64,000 nucleotides of DNA from Octopus sinensis (Eukaryota). Both the position numbers and the translations under genes were made by a program. A model generated the notes under the pieces. It ran no database searches and was not told the DNA's origin. It saw nothing but the letters and a program-made list of their open reading frames with translations. The stretch lies in NCBI RefSeq assembly GCF_006345805.1, contig NC_043016.1, positions 9,796,001 to 9,860,000 on the forward strand. The letters run 5' to 3'. Position 1 is the stretch's first letter. Every line of letters starts with the position of its first letter. Below are positions 11,316-25,275 of the stretch, one piece after another.

Positions 11316-14276
11316 GTGAGTTTTAAACCCCATTAAATTTTACTTATATATGAACTTATATATATATATATGTATGTAAATATACACGTATTTTCCAGTT
11401 GTTTGTTGAAAATGACAGTTTTACATCCCGTCTATAAACTTGTTTTGTATTTGAAATGTATCTATCTACATAAATATATATGTATACCTGTACCTTCAAT
11501 TGCTAATTCATTACAAAAAAAAAGTGGTTGCCACTTGTTAGCATGTACAATTACAGTTAAGAATTAAATACAAGTAACATATCAAATGTATATATATATA
11601 TATGTCTTGAACTTTCATTGCATATATTGTTTTGTAATTGTAAATGAATAAAACCTGTGAACAAGCGAACATTTATATGTACTTTCAAGAATGCACTCAC
11701 AAACAGGAAAAAATATATTAATTTTTCCCTTCATATCGCTCATATTCTTTAACTATTATATTGTTTTCCATATTTCGGTTCTCGGTTTTACTTCTGAACC
11801 GCTGTTGATTTATAATGCATGTATTTGTTTCTATATACAAGTAATTTACGCATAGTTTTCTTTTTTCTTAATCTTTAGAATGAAAAGAATGTGTTTATTT
11901 ATTTGTTTTTAAGGAAAATCTCTTACACTGTTTTACAGTAGAAACTGATTTTTCTCTTTCAATTCCACCCTGCGCCCGAACTAGATAAATAAATGAACAC
12001 CAGCTATTGACTAAATTTAATTTAATTAAACCGACTGTGATCATTATTCAGCAAACTATTTCCCTTTTACTTGAAACGAAAAAAGGAAAAAAAAAACCCT
12101 ATATTTTGTTAGTTTCATACATTTAAAAAAAAAACGAGCACCTGTCAAGTACCGCAGACCAATATTTCTCTTTAATTGCACATCCTACATGTAATTGGGA
12201 ATTATATGGAGAAAAGAAGTGTTTGGAAACTTAACTAAACTTTTCTTATTGTAAAAGTTGCTTATAAATGAAATGAAATGGTGTGTGTGTGTGTGGGAAC
12301 GTAGTTATTTACTTCCAACTATGTTCACGACTTGCCTTGTATAGTGTGACAATGATAGTAATGTTATCGTCGTTAAGTTTTTACTATTGATATTTTGTTA
12401 TTCCTTTAGTTTAGGTTTATTTATTTATCTTTCTTTTACTGTCTGACGATTTGTAGTGACTTCATTTGTTGTTTTGTTGGAGCCGCTTTTGTATAATTTA
12501 GATAGACTGGTAATTTATAACTATTGTCGTTACTATGTGATATTTCTTTAGCTTAGAGTGTTAATGAACTTAGGTCAGGCTTTATCGAACGTATGCATAC
12601 CTATCAAAAGCAATTCCAAACATGACCGGCTAGACTTTTTTTCCCTTTATTCCTTAGATATAGCATATATAGGACTACATTGTCTGTATTTTGTTTTTAT
12701 TTTTAAAGACAGTGTAGTTTGTATTAGCTTTGGCTGCTGTGTCTAGCAAGTTGTGACCGTATAGGAGTTCATTTTTAGTTATTTGTTTTCCGTTGACACC
12801 GACACCGACAGTCAATTTCTATTTTTCTTAGCTCTATCGTTTTTTAACTTAAACATTCTTATGGACACAGGCGTGGCTTTATGCGTAACAAACTTGCTTG
12901 CCAACCATCTGGTCCCATGTTCAGTCCCACTTCTACGACATTTTGGACAAGTGACTTCTTCTATATCTCGGTCCGACCAAGCCTTGTGAGTGAATCTCGT
13001 TGACGGAAACTAGAAGAAGCCTCTGTGTGTGTGTGTGTCTTTATCCACATAATCGCTTGACAATCGGTGTATTGGTTTATCTATTCGTAACTTAGCGGTT
13101 CGGGAAAAGGAGGCTATACTTCGGTATTGATCTCCAGAGTGTAGGTATGGGTACACGACATCATTCACCTTCTTTCTCAGCTGAGCCTCTATTTATGTCA
13201 CGAAGGAAAGCTGTGTGGGTGAATGATGTCGTGTAGTAATAGTGAAGGAATGCCAGTGAATTAACAAAAGAAACAAGATTTTGAAAATAATTACTGAGGT
13301 TGATTTGTTCGGCTAAAATCCTTTTAAGGCTATGCTCCAGCATGGTCGCAGTCCAATGACAAACAAGTAAAAGACAAGACAAAAACTTCTATAATTTTTG
13401 CGAGTTGTACACAATTTTATTTTCGTTAGGAACCCAAAACATCTTTATAAGTTTTGCAAATTGCTTCGAAAATTGGGTATGGATTGGCAAAATAATTTGA
13501 AATCTAAGATTGTAAGATTTTACTGTTTCTAAGAATTTGTTTCTCTCTATATATTTAACCCTTTTGTTACCATATTTCTGTTGAGATGCTCTGTGTTTCT
13601 TTCAATTACTTTAAATATATAACGAACAATTTAGTAAAATAACTTAGTTATCATTAAGCTAGTATCAGGAATATAAATTGTGACAAAGGTTTGGTGGAAG
13701 GTTTTAATTTAAAACTTGTGAAAACCTGACATTTGTACTCAGAACCAGAGCCGGTTTCAGCCGGGTTGGTAACGAGGAACAATTTTAGCATCGCTGTGAA
13801 TTAAGTGGTTTACACTATAGAATTTTTATCTCTCTTTCTAGGGTGGATGGTGAATCCACACTCTGGGTCTCAACCGGGGTCCATGTTAGATTTTGGTGAA
13901 GAGGGTGGGGGGTCCATGTAGCAAAATAGTAAATTGGGGATTCACAATATTTTAAGGGTCACTGAAAAAATTTTGCTTTAGATGTAATTTGTATAACGAT
14001 ACATAACAATAAGAACGGGCATTGATTGTATATTTCAAAGTGTACTTGTTTATATATGCATATATATTTTGTTTCAGTCATTAGATTGCGGCCATACTGG
14101 AGCACCGCCTAGAATTTTTGTACTTATTTAAGCCTGGTACTTATTCTATCAGTGTCTTGCCGAACTGCTAAGTTACGGGAGCGTAAACACAACACCGGTT
14201 GTCAAGCGGTAACGAGGATACACACGTGTGTATGTGTGTGTTCTACCACTGCTCGACAACCGGTTTGGGTTTGCTA

Positions 14277-14508
14277 AGGCGGCGAGCTGGCTGAATCGTT
14301 AGAACGCCGGGCGAAATGCTTTGCGGTATTTCGTCTGCCGTTACGTTGTGAGTTCAAATTCCGCCGAGGTCGACTTTGCCTTTCATCCTTTCGGGGTCGA
14401 TAAATAAAGTACCAGTTACGCACTGGGGTCGATGCAATCGACTTAATACCTATGTCTGTCCTTGTTTGTCCCCTCTATGTTTAGCCCCTTGTGGGTAATA
14501 AAGAAATA
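14277..14508 (+). mobile_element. SINE family A copy with 15-bp TSD, nested in a family B remnant
   Basis: TSD ggtttgggtttgcta at 14262-14276 and 14509-14523. Confidence 0.9.
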
Positions 14509-14824
14509 GGTTTGGGTTTGCTACGTGGTCCGGCAAAAGAACCGACAGAATAAGTGATGGACTTAAAAAAGAAAACTAATTAAGTGCTGAGGTCGATTCA
14601 TTTGACTAAAACGCTTGAAGGCCGGTGCTCTAGCGTGGCCGTAGTCTGATTGAAACAAATAAAAGAATTGTATATACGGATAAACAAATTAGATATATTA
14701 AATATCCGTATAATTGCCTCAGTCATTCTTTGCCCGCCGAATTGATCCCTCGTAAAGACATCGGAACCGAAGTTTGAATCATTTGAGGGCTTCTATACTC
14801 TGAATTTCTGAATCTCATCTGCGG

Positions 14825-15049
14825 ACTGTGGCAGAAACGTTAGCACGCCGGGCGAAATGCGTAGCCGTATTTCGTCTGCCGTTACGTTCTGGGTTCAAAT
14901 TCCGCCGAGGTCGACTTTGCCTTTCATCCTTTCGAGGTCGATAAATTAAGTACCAGTTACGCACTGGGGTCGATGTAATCGATTTAATCCGTTTGTCTGT
15001 CCTTGTTTGTTCTCTCTATGTTTAGCCCCTTGTGGGTAGTAAAGAAATA
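14825..15049 (+). mobile_element. SINE family A copy
   Basis: Near-consensus body. Confidence 0.85.
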
Positions 15050-15197
15050 TATATATATATATTTAATAATTTTGGACTAAAGGGTAGAGCACTGTCACAG
15101 TTTGGGGTTGGTTACCTGGTCTCATCCGCAGTCAGTATATTTCCGTTGGATTCTACTTCAGGAATTCCGCAGTGTTAGTTGAGATAATAATAATTTC

Positions 15198-15378
15198 TTA
15201 AGTAACCAGAAAATGGATTTGGTATTAACCTGTTTGTACAACGGTCGCTTCGACCCACCCTGCTACTGTCCCTTATGGGTGGGGAGACCTCTTTCAATCT
15301 GTGTTGCATCCATTTTGTAACACACGACCGTTGTACAAAATAAAGATTAAATGCCAAATCCATCTTCTGGTTACTTAA
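15198..15378. mobile_element. MITE-like element with ~50-bp imperfect TIRs
   Basis: ttaagtaaccagaaaatggatttgg...tgtacaacggtcg pairs with cgaccgttgtaca...ccaaatccatcttctggttacttaa. Confidence 0.65.
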
Positions 15379-15589
15379 ATTATAAAGACGCAATCAGATT
15401 TAAATCTCGACATCGTTCCTTGAAACTCCTAGAAACAGCAGCAGCCGACTCAAATTATAAGAGTGTAAGATATACATTTGGAATAATTTTATCGCTGTGT
15501 AAAATAGAAATAAGGTAGTTTACAGTACGATATGCGAGATTCAAATCCGTCGGCGTCTTCGGTACTTTTTTTTTATTTTTAAATGTATA

Positions 15590-15990
15590 CTAGCAGTATC
15601 GCCCGGCGTTGCTCGGGTTTGTAAGGGAAATAACTATATAAGCATTTTTAGAGAGTTATAGCCAAAAAATAGCAAAAAAATGCATTAAAATGGAAAAAAA
15701 TGATGGTAAATTTTTTTTTAAAATCGTTGACTCATCGTAGACATTTTTAGAGAGTTACTTCCCTTATATAATAGCGAAAAAAATGCATTAAAATGGAAAA
15801 AAATGATGGTAAATTATTTTTAAAATCGTAGACTCATCGTAGACGCGCGCTAATACCCAGAAGGGCTCGATATGAATCACGACTATAAGATACCCGGTTT
15901 TGGTTAAACTGCACCGCAAAATGTGGGAGTAGCTAGGAATCTAAATCGTAGGAGACAGACAGCACACAACCTCTCTTTTATATATAAAGA
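15590..15990 (-). mobile_element. Non-autonomous Helitron
   Basis: Minus strand starts A|TC tttatatataaaa and ends with GC hairpin cccgagcaacgccggg, 8 nt, CTAG|T. Near-identical copy at 40690-41085. Confidence 0.75.
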
Positions 15991-16606
15991 TGTATATATT
16001 TTCCTTTCTTGCTTCGACTGACGTATCTGCTGTATCTCCTATTAGTCGGATTTCAATTGTTCTAATTCCTTAGAAAAACAATTTCTTTTTTATTTATTGC
16101 TGTGTTAATGTGAAAACCGCATTAGAAAGACCGCTCCTTGAACATTGTTCTTATTTTCTTTTGGTTCAATGTTAAGATCGTTGACTTGAGAGGTGGTGGG
16201 GAAAAGAAAAGGACGTCATAGCTCTGCACTCCTCGTTTTTCTTTTTACGTTGTCTTAGGGTCGATTCTTCATTGTCTCTTGAGGTCAATAAGTTGTAATA
16301 ATCGTTTCCTTATTAGCCACAAGGGCCGGACACAAAACAAAATAGGGACAATACAATACAAAACGAGACACTTGAGGTTAACCACGAATCGAGTAAACAC
16401 TAAAATAACAATGACAACAATACAGTCAAGCAATAAAAAAAATTCCCCCAACCGAGGAATTCCACGCATCCTTGTTACCCCGACTACCAGGTGCACCTCG
16501 GCAGGCGCCCCCTCTCTTCAACTCCTCCGGTTTATAAGCGAATGTTTAGAGTAGACGATAGGTGAACCGCGATGTGGCGAAGGATTACTGTGCACTTGCT
16601 TCTTTG

Positions 16607-17107
16607 ACTCTCTTTTACTTGTTTCAGTCATTTGACTGTGGCCATGCTGGAGCACCGCCTTTAGTCGAGCAAATCGACCCCAGGACTTATTCTTTGTAAG
16701 CCTAGTACTTATTCTATCGGTCTCTTTTTGCCGAACCGCTAAGTTACGGGTACGTAAATACACCAGCATCGGTTGTCAAGCGATGTGGGGGGAGGGGTCA
16801 AACATAGACATATATATATATACGACGGGCTTCTTTCAGTTTCCGTCTACTAAATCCACTCACAAGGATTTGGTCGGCCCGATGCTATAGTAGAACACAC
16901 ACACACACACACACACACACCACATATATATATATATTTATATATATATACGACGGGCTTCTTTCAGTTTCCGTCTACCAAATCCACTCGCAAGGCTTTG
17001 GTCGGCCCGATGCTATAGTAGAAGACACTTACCCAAAAATGCCACGCAGTGGGACTGAACCCGGAACAATGTGGTTGGTAGTAAGCAAGCTACTTTACTA
17101 CACAGCC
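16607..17107 (-). mobile_element. SINE family B copy with internal duplication
   Basis: Family B tail, body and head; the segment cgacgggcttctttcagtttcc... occurs twice. Confidence 0.8.
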
Positions 17108-17562
17108 CTCATTTTTCTTTGTAAGTTGAAACTTGAAAATGTCGAAGACATTGACCTAGGAGGACACAATGTACCAATGACATTATTGTCAAACTTCTCT
17201 ACACTTAAATTAATTGGCCTTGTATTTTCAATATGCATTGTTTAATTACGTAGTCCATACACTTCACCCACTGTCTTGTCTGTTTTTTTAAGTAGGGGAA
17301 TTGGAAGCGTCAACAGATCATTGTGATCAGCGGAAATCCTGAGTATAGTCCAAAGATTCCTCCTAGCCCAGTGAGGTATCGAACCTTCTGATACCCACAA
17401 ATCTTTACTCAAAAAACGTAATGAGTTCACTCTTTCTTAGAGCTAACATATATAGTATAAATCTTAATTGTTCTTAAACACACATACAGTGTGTGTGTGT
17501 GTATGTAACGGCAGATTAATATATATATATATATAAAATTTATATATATATATATATATATA

Positions 17563-17928
17563 TTTACCAACCACATGGTTCCGGGTTCAGTCTCACTGCG
17601 TGGCACCTTGGACAAGTGTCTTCTACTATAGCCTCGGGCCGACCAAAGCCTTGTGGGTGGATTGGTAGACGGAAACTGAAAGAAGCCCGTCGTATATATG
17701 TATATATATATATATGTGTGTGTGTTTGTGTGTCTGTGTTTGTCCCCCTAGCATTGCTTGACAACCGATGCTGGTGTGTTTACGTCCCCGTCACTTAGCG
17801 GTTCGGCAAAAGAAACCGATAGAATAAGTACTGGGCTTACAAAAGAATAAGTTCCGGGGTCGAGTTGCTCGATCAAAGGCGGTGCTCCAGCATGGTCGCA
17901 GTCAAATGACTGAAACAAGTAAAAGAGT
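17563..17928 (+). mobile_element. SINE family B copy
   Basis: Near-consensus; inverted relative to 16607-17107. Confidence 0.85.
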
Positions 17929-19167
17929 ATATATATATATATATATAATCTATATATATGTATACACGCGCGCGAGCGCGTGTGTTCGTGCAAGTGTTAA
18001 ATTAAGCAGAAAAACCGCGAGAGTTCCAGATAGACAGGTGCTTGTTAAGAGACACAGCGTGGCAAGTCGTCTGCGTCAGTCATTTGTTTATTTTAAATTA
18101 ATAGAATGTTTGTTCTCTCTTACTCCCCCCCCGCCCACCTCTCTCTCCATTGTGCGGATCATTTAATTATACTGCCGTATTTCGCCTAGTTCTGGAGAAC
18201 AGGTATGAACTTTTAAAGAAAGGTTAACTTAGATAGATAGATGGATGGATGGATAGATAGATTGTCGTTGTTCCCGAGTAAAAAGATGTTTAATCGCTCG
18301 CTTCGGCATTCTGAGCCCGTACAATGTAAAAGGGCTTAAGGAGAAGATGCCAGAGGACAACGTTTTTGCTCACAAAATACATATATAGGGTAAGGTCACA
18401 AACATGTAATATAGCTTGTTGAAAAACTTAGATTAACAGATTTTTCTATGAAGTTAGAAAACAAATATTCCCCCCATAATAGGATCTTTAACTTACAATT
18501 ATTGGACTGCGACTAATCTCTCTCTCTCACTCAGACACACACACACACATACACGAGGTTATTTCAGTTTCTGCGTACAAAATCCACTCCTAAGGCTTTG
18601 GTCGATCCGGGGTTGTTGTAGAAAGATGCCACACTATGAGACTAAATCCAGAACCATGTTGGGGGAGCAAACTTAAAATATATATAAAAGAAAAACCATA
18701 TGCCAGGGTGATTACTCTAAAAAAATTCCTGGTTATCCTAAATTTTTCTTGTAAAATAAAGGTGATACTGATAGTGAATTTGGTTTTTAAGCCTGAACAG
18801 GTGACAACAGTAGACGTTTCTGTTTTAAGCTTTCTCTGCGAATATTCTATTCAGTTGGCTAGACTTAGATTATCCTTGTGTGTATTTTTTATCTACTTCA
18901 GTCATTAGACTGCGGCCATTCTGGGGCATCGCTTCGAAGAACTTTTTTAGTCGAATGAATCGACCCCAGTACTTATTTTTTGTTTTTAAGCCTGATACTT
19001 AATTTATTGGGGTCTTTTATCGAGCCGCTAAGTTATAGGAACGTAAACAAACCAACACCAGTTGTCAAGAGGTGATGGCACTGACACACACGACTGGCTT
19101 TCAGTTCCATCTACCAAATCCACTCCCAAGGCTTTGGTCTACTCGAAGCTATAGAAGATACTTGTCC

Positions 19168-19237
<70 letters not shown>

Positions 19238-19383
19238 TAAAAGCAGCAGATGTATCACAAAAACTGTTACTCAGTTTCACAGTTTTTGTGATATTTCTGC
19301 TTTTAAATAAAGCATATTACTCTACCTCTGGTATTTGAGTACTCTTTTTTCTACCGTGTTTCACATTTATGTGCTTACTCCGG

Positions 19384-19446
<63 letters not shown>

Positions 19447-20163
19447 CACACACACCTTGGGCAAGTATCTTCTATAGCTTCGGCCCGACCAAAGCCTTGT
19501 GAGTGGATAATCGCGTTTTATTCACTGGACTGCAAGCATGCTGTGGCACCATTTTGAAGGGTTTAATTAATCAAATCCTTTGGAGCTGGACAGAGATTAA
19601 CAATATATAAAGAAAAAAAAAAACTCCAAATTTGATCCACACCCCCCCTTGCCACCCAGCAAAAAAGGGTGCGCGTGCGCAACAATCTCTACAGCTCACT
19701 GAAAATGAACGGCTGAAACAAGTGAATCAGTATGTTTTACATACCTGTTATATACATCGGTCTTGTTTTTTTTTTTTGTTTTTTTTCGCTTTAAATGTAA
19801 ACTATTTTCATAGAGGCAAACACGATATTGTTAATCTCCGTGTTTTTCCACGTAGATTTCGAAAATTAAAAAAAAAATTTTTAATGGTGGGTGGGTGGGT
19901 GGGGAAGGAATATAAAATTTTAGATTCATGATTTTTTTTTTTTTTTTTTTTTGCATATTCGGAATTTCCGTCATCGAAAACTTAGGAATCCGCTGAGAAA
20001 AAAAAAAAAATTCTGAAAGCTCCGTTTTTTGGGGGGTGGGGGTGACTGTCGTCCAGGTTCACCCACTCTTTTAAAGTTTAACTATTCTGTTGATCGCTTT
20101 TTGTCGGATCGCTAGCTTAAGGGGACGTAAACAAACACTCATACATGCATAAATATAAATATC

Positions 20164-20399
20164 TTATTTCTTTATTGCCCACAAGGGGCTAAACACAGAG
20201 GGGACAAACAAGGACAGACAAACGGATTAAGTCGATTACATCGACTCCAGTGCGTAACTGGTACTTAATTTATCGACCCCAAAAGGATGAAAGGCAAAGT
20301 CGACCTCGGTGGAATTTGAACTCACAGAACGTAACGGCAGGCGAAATACGGCTACGCATTTCGCCCGGCATGCTAACGTTTCTGCCAGCTCGCTGCCTT
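20164..20399 (-). mobile_element. SINE family A copy (second, 5'-truncated copy at ~20595-20780)
   Basis: Family A sequence. Confidence 0.85.
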
Positions 20400-20870
20400 A
20401 TATAATATATATCTATCACGCACATAGACTGTACTTGAAATTAGTAATCGAAGGTAACCCCTATTGTTCATTCACATGGTAGCTGGACCCGCTAGATATA
20501 ACAACCAATAAAAATCGCGTTGGATAAATCTGTCTCAAATACACAACGTGTAACGTGTGTGTGTATATGAAATAGTCACAGTTGGATTGCAATACCTATT
20601 TCTTTATTACCCACAAGAGGCTAAACATAGAGGGGACAAACAAGGACAGACATAGGTATTAAGTCGATTATATCGACCTCAGTGCGTAACTGGTACTTAA
20701 TTTATCGACCCCGAAAGGATGAAAGGCAAAGTCGACCTCGGCGGAATTTGAACTCACAACGTAACGCAGACGAAATACCCCGTTCATCATATGTATGGCT
20801 TTATCGTGGCTTACATAAATTGACAACCACGAACTATGAAGTTAATTCGAATGACCACATTGGCAATACT

Positions 20871-21005
20871 CACTAGCGTAGCTAGTTGTGCGTCACGAGG
20901 GGCGGCCCCTTCCATTTGCCGCTCCCGTCTGCAGCAGACCCCAAAAGTGTCGCCCCTGTAACAATGCTGCCCGAGGCAGACCGCCCCGTTCCAGCTACGC
21001 TCATG
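20871..21005. mobile_element. GC-rich MITE-like element
   Basis: Short TIRs actagcgtagctag / ccagctacgctcat and internal ggggcgg/cgcccc motifs. Confidence 0.5.
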
Positions 21006-21525
21006 GCAGTACTTCGCTGACTTGAGAGAGGAAAAAAAAAAAAGTACACGTGACACCTTTGTAGGTCATCAATGTTACTAGCTGTCTGGCTAGTTTGTTG
21101 GTGTTCAGTTTGAATGTCTGCCGGGTAAAATATCTAAGGAAACTGTAAGGAGACGACAATACTACAGGGAGTTTAGCTATTTTTGGCGAAGTATTTCATT
21201 TCTGAAATGAAGAGCAGAAATTTCAATTTTTTGTTTGTTTGTTTGCTTGCGGGGTTTTGTACATCATCCTTTAAAAAAAATATTTATGCGTATTCATTCC
21301 ACTTAAGCTATATCCATTAGCTCATTTTATGTAGTTTAAATACCAAAATCAGTTCTTGTATGACACTGTAGGAATGTGGAAAGCAAGAGAGACTGTTTGT
21401 TGGTTTGAATCTAAATCCAGAGGGAATAGTTAAGAATCCAGGTCGTTTCCTTTTGTTTCAGAACAACCTGTTTTGTTCACTGTTGGAAAGGACCACTCAT
21501 TGTCTCATCATGTGAAAGTGGTGAG

Positions 21526-23162
21526 ACACAAGATCTAACAACGATAATAATAATAATATACAATACATAACAACGATAATAATAATAATAATATACAATA
21601 CCTAACAACGATAATAATAATAATATACAAGACCTAACAACGATAATAATAATAATATACAAGACCTAACAACGATAATGATGATAATACACAAGACCTA
21701 ACAACGATAATGATGATAATACACAAGACCTAACAACGATAATGATGATAATACACAAGACCTAACAACGGTAATAATAATAATACACAAGACCTAACAA
21801 CGGTAATAATAATACACAAGACCTAACAACGGTAATAATAATACACAAGACCTAACAACGGTAATAATAATAATACACAAGACCTAACAACGGTAATAAT
21901 AATACACAAGACCTAACAACGATAATGATAATACACAAGACCTAACAACGATAATAATAATAATAATAATGCACAAGACCTAACAACGATAATGATGATA
22001 ATACACAAGACCTAACAACGATAATAATAATAATAATAATAATAATACACAAGACCTAACAACGATAATGATGATAATACACAAGACCTAACAACGATGA
22101 TAATGATGATAATACACAAGACCTAACAACGATAATGATGATAATACACAAGACCTAACAACGATAATAATAATAATAATAATGCACAAGACCTAACAAC
22201 GATAATGATGATAATACACGACCTAACAACGATAATAATAATAATAATGCACAAGACCTAACAACGATAATAATATACAAGACCTAACAACGATAATAAT
22301 ATACAAGACCTAACAACGATAATGATAATAATACACAAGACCTAACAACGATAATGATAATAATACACAAGACCTAACAACGATAATGATAATAATACAC
22401 AAGACCTAACAACGGTAATAATAATACACAAGACCTAACAACGATAATAATATACAAGACCTAACAACGATAATAATGATAATACACAAGACCCAACAAC
22501 GATAATAATAATACACAAGACCTAACAACGATAATAATACACACGACCTAACAACGATAATAATGATAATACACAAGACCTAACAACGATAATAATGATA
22601 ATACACAAGACCTAACAACGATAATAATGATAATACACAAGACCCAACAACGATAATAATAATACACAAGACCCAACAACGATAATAATAATACACAAGA
22701 CCCAACAACGATAATAATAATACACAAGACCTAACAACGATAATAATACACACGACCTAACAACGATAATAATAATACACAAGACCTAACAACGATAATA
22801 ATACACAAGACCTAACAACGATAATAATAATAATACACAAGACCTAACAACGATAATAATGATAATACACAAGACCCAACAACGATAATAATAATACACA
22901 AGACCCAACAACGATAATAATATACAAGACCTAACAACGATAATAATAATACACAAGACCTAACAACGATAATAATATACAAGACCTAACAACGATAATA
23001 ATGATAATACACAAGACCCAACAACGATAATAATAATACCCAAGACCTAACAACGATAATAATATACAAGACCTAACAACGATAATGATAATACACAAGA
23101 CCTAACAACGATAATAATAATAATACACAAGACCTAACAACGATAATAATAATAATAATAAT
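21526..23162. repeat. Composite minisatellite: ~50-55 units of acacaagacctaacaacg plus variable (AAT/GAT)n
   Basis: Read directly. Units of about 26, 29, 32, 35 bp or more. Abuts the (AAT)n tail of a minus-strand SINE at ~23163-23330. Confidence 0.95.
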
Positions 23163-24408
23163 CCTTTATACTAATAGGTACAAAGCTTGAAATTTGGGGG
23201 AAGACGGGACTAGGCATTTACATCGACTTCAGTACTTGACTGGTACTTATTTTATTAAGCTCGATAGGATTAAAGGCAAAATCGACCCGGCGAATTTAAA
23301 TCCCGAAAGTAAAGACGGGTGAAAGCCGCTAACAATAATAATAATAATAATACCAATTCTTTTTACCATAGGCACAAAGAGCGAAATTGTGCGGGTGGGA
23401 GCTAGTCAATTACATCGACTGCGAAAGGATGAAAGGCAAAGTCAATTACGGCAAGATTCAAAATTTTGGCACAAGGCCAGCAATTTAAAGAGAGAGCGTG
23501 CGAAAGTCGGTTACAGCGATCTCAGTTTCTAAATGGGACTTATATTATCCATCCCAAACATATGAAAGGTAGTCGACCTCTGCGGTATTTGAACTCATGA
23601 CGTAAAGAACCGGAAGAAATGCTGCTAAGCATTTTTTTTTCCGGTGCGACCGTTTCTGCCGGCTCGTCGTCAGCGCAGAAAAGTCCTGGACTATGACAGA
23701 CAAACTGGTTAGAATTCGATGTAAAGTAGTAATTGGATTTCGCCGACCGCCCAACGGAACTGACACTAAAGTGGAGTGTTATATACTCAAGTATCGCTGA
23801 AGTTTTGGTGGTTGTTGTTCCTTTTGGTGTAATTAACTTGTGAGAAAATTATATAATGGTTTTAATTATACGTTCCTATTAGATCGATTCGAAGTACTAG
23901 TCTAGTAGATTAGTTTAGCGCTAATTGAGCTACGATGTAAGGCGTCCCGTCGGTGACTATCTCGTTTACATAGTCCAATGTAGCTTTCTTTTTGTAAAAA
24001 CGTACAGTATGATTTGAAGGAGATTCGGCTGTTGTTTCTATGCGAAGCTCTAGATGTCTACTGCTCTTCAAAGATTTGTCGTTTCAAAGCATCTATATTC
24101 ATATAGGTTACCATTTGAAGGTTCTTCCTAAGCCATTCTTACGGTAATAGTCTTAGTATCAAAGTGTCACGCAGCTAAAAGAGTGCAAATCATTCTGCTT
24201 GCGTTAAACGATTTGCCTGAACAGATACAAATAAGGTTTTGGATTGTTAAAGCGTGCGAGGACGTTAGTTCATACATACGGTAGACATTTCGTTGATATA
24301 AATAAAGCAATGTTTTCAACCGTACACCACTTCGATTAAAAAAAAAGTAAAAGTGCTCCTCCACGAACGGGTAAAGTGTGTGTATAGGCGCGGGCATGGA
24401 TTTATCGT

Positions 24409-24630
24409 AAGGCGGCGAGCTGGCTGAATCGTTAGAACGCCGGTCGAAATGCGTAGCCGTGTTTCGTCTGCCGTTACATTCTGGGTTCAAATTCCGCTGG
24501 TTGACTTTGCCTTTCATCCTTTCGGGGTCGATAAATTAAGTACCAGTTACGCACTGGGGTCGATATAATCGACTTAATCCGTTTGTTTGTCCCCTCTGTG
24601 TTTAGCCCCTTGTGGGTAGTAAAGAAATAG
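24409..24630 (+). mobile_element. SINE family A copy
   Basis: Family A with imperfect TSD ggatttatcgtaa/ggatgtatcgtaa. Confidence 0.85.
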
Positions 24631-24893
24631 GATGTATCGTAATTTATCCCCAACATGATACTCAAATCGATTGTAAGCCCAACAGGGCTTTGAGTTCAGT
24701 CCCACTGCATGACATCTTGGGCAAGTCTCTTAACATAGTCCCGGTTTAATCAATGACTTGAGAGTGACTGAGACAAGATCGAAAAGAGTTTCTTTTATTT
24801 AAAACTTTATTGTAAGTTTTCACTTATTACCTACGTAACCACCATGGGAAATAGTAATCTAGGAAAGAAATACGATTTAAGTTTACTCATTTA

Positions 24894-25275
24894 CTAGCAG
24901 TATCGCCCGATTTGTTTCGACCCTTTAGAATAGGAATTTTTGAAAAGTAAAAATTTTGCATTATGTAGCTTGTTATTCTCTTTAAGTGAATATTTTTCTG
25001 GTTGAAATACACCCAAAAATGGCGACACAGTAGTAAAAAAAAAATCGTAAAAAATAGGGATTTTCATAGAAAAAAAAGCACATTTTTTATGTAAATAATT
25101 TTTGGTGTTAACATGGTCCGATTTGAATTTTTTCTTCTACGGAAGGAAGAGCAAGCCTTCTTCTGTCATACTCTCAATTTTGGTCAACTTGCACCACAGT
25201 GTCTCGGAGGAGATAGTGTTAATTGAAAGCTACCAAACCTGCCATAACAGACAACTTCAGCTTTATATATATAGA
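24894..25275 (-). mobile_element. Non-autonomous Helitron, different internal sequence
   Basis: Shares the ctagcagtatcgcccg terminus and a tatatatagA end with the other Helitrons. Confidence 0.55.

Noticed and set aside
21462-21520. Possible 59-nt exon (tttgtttcAG...GTGAGA)
   Set aside because: Splice-like ends, but no frame resembles SWAP70 exon 2 or any protein I recognise, and the length breaks frame.
21526-23162. CRISPR-like repeat-spacer appearance
   Set aside because: The spacers are only (AAT/GAT)n, the repeat is non-palindromic, there are no cas genes, and the context is eukaryotic.
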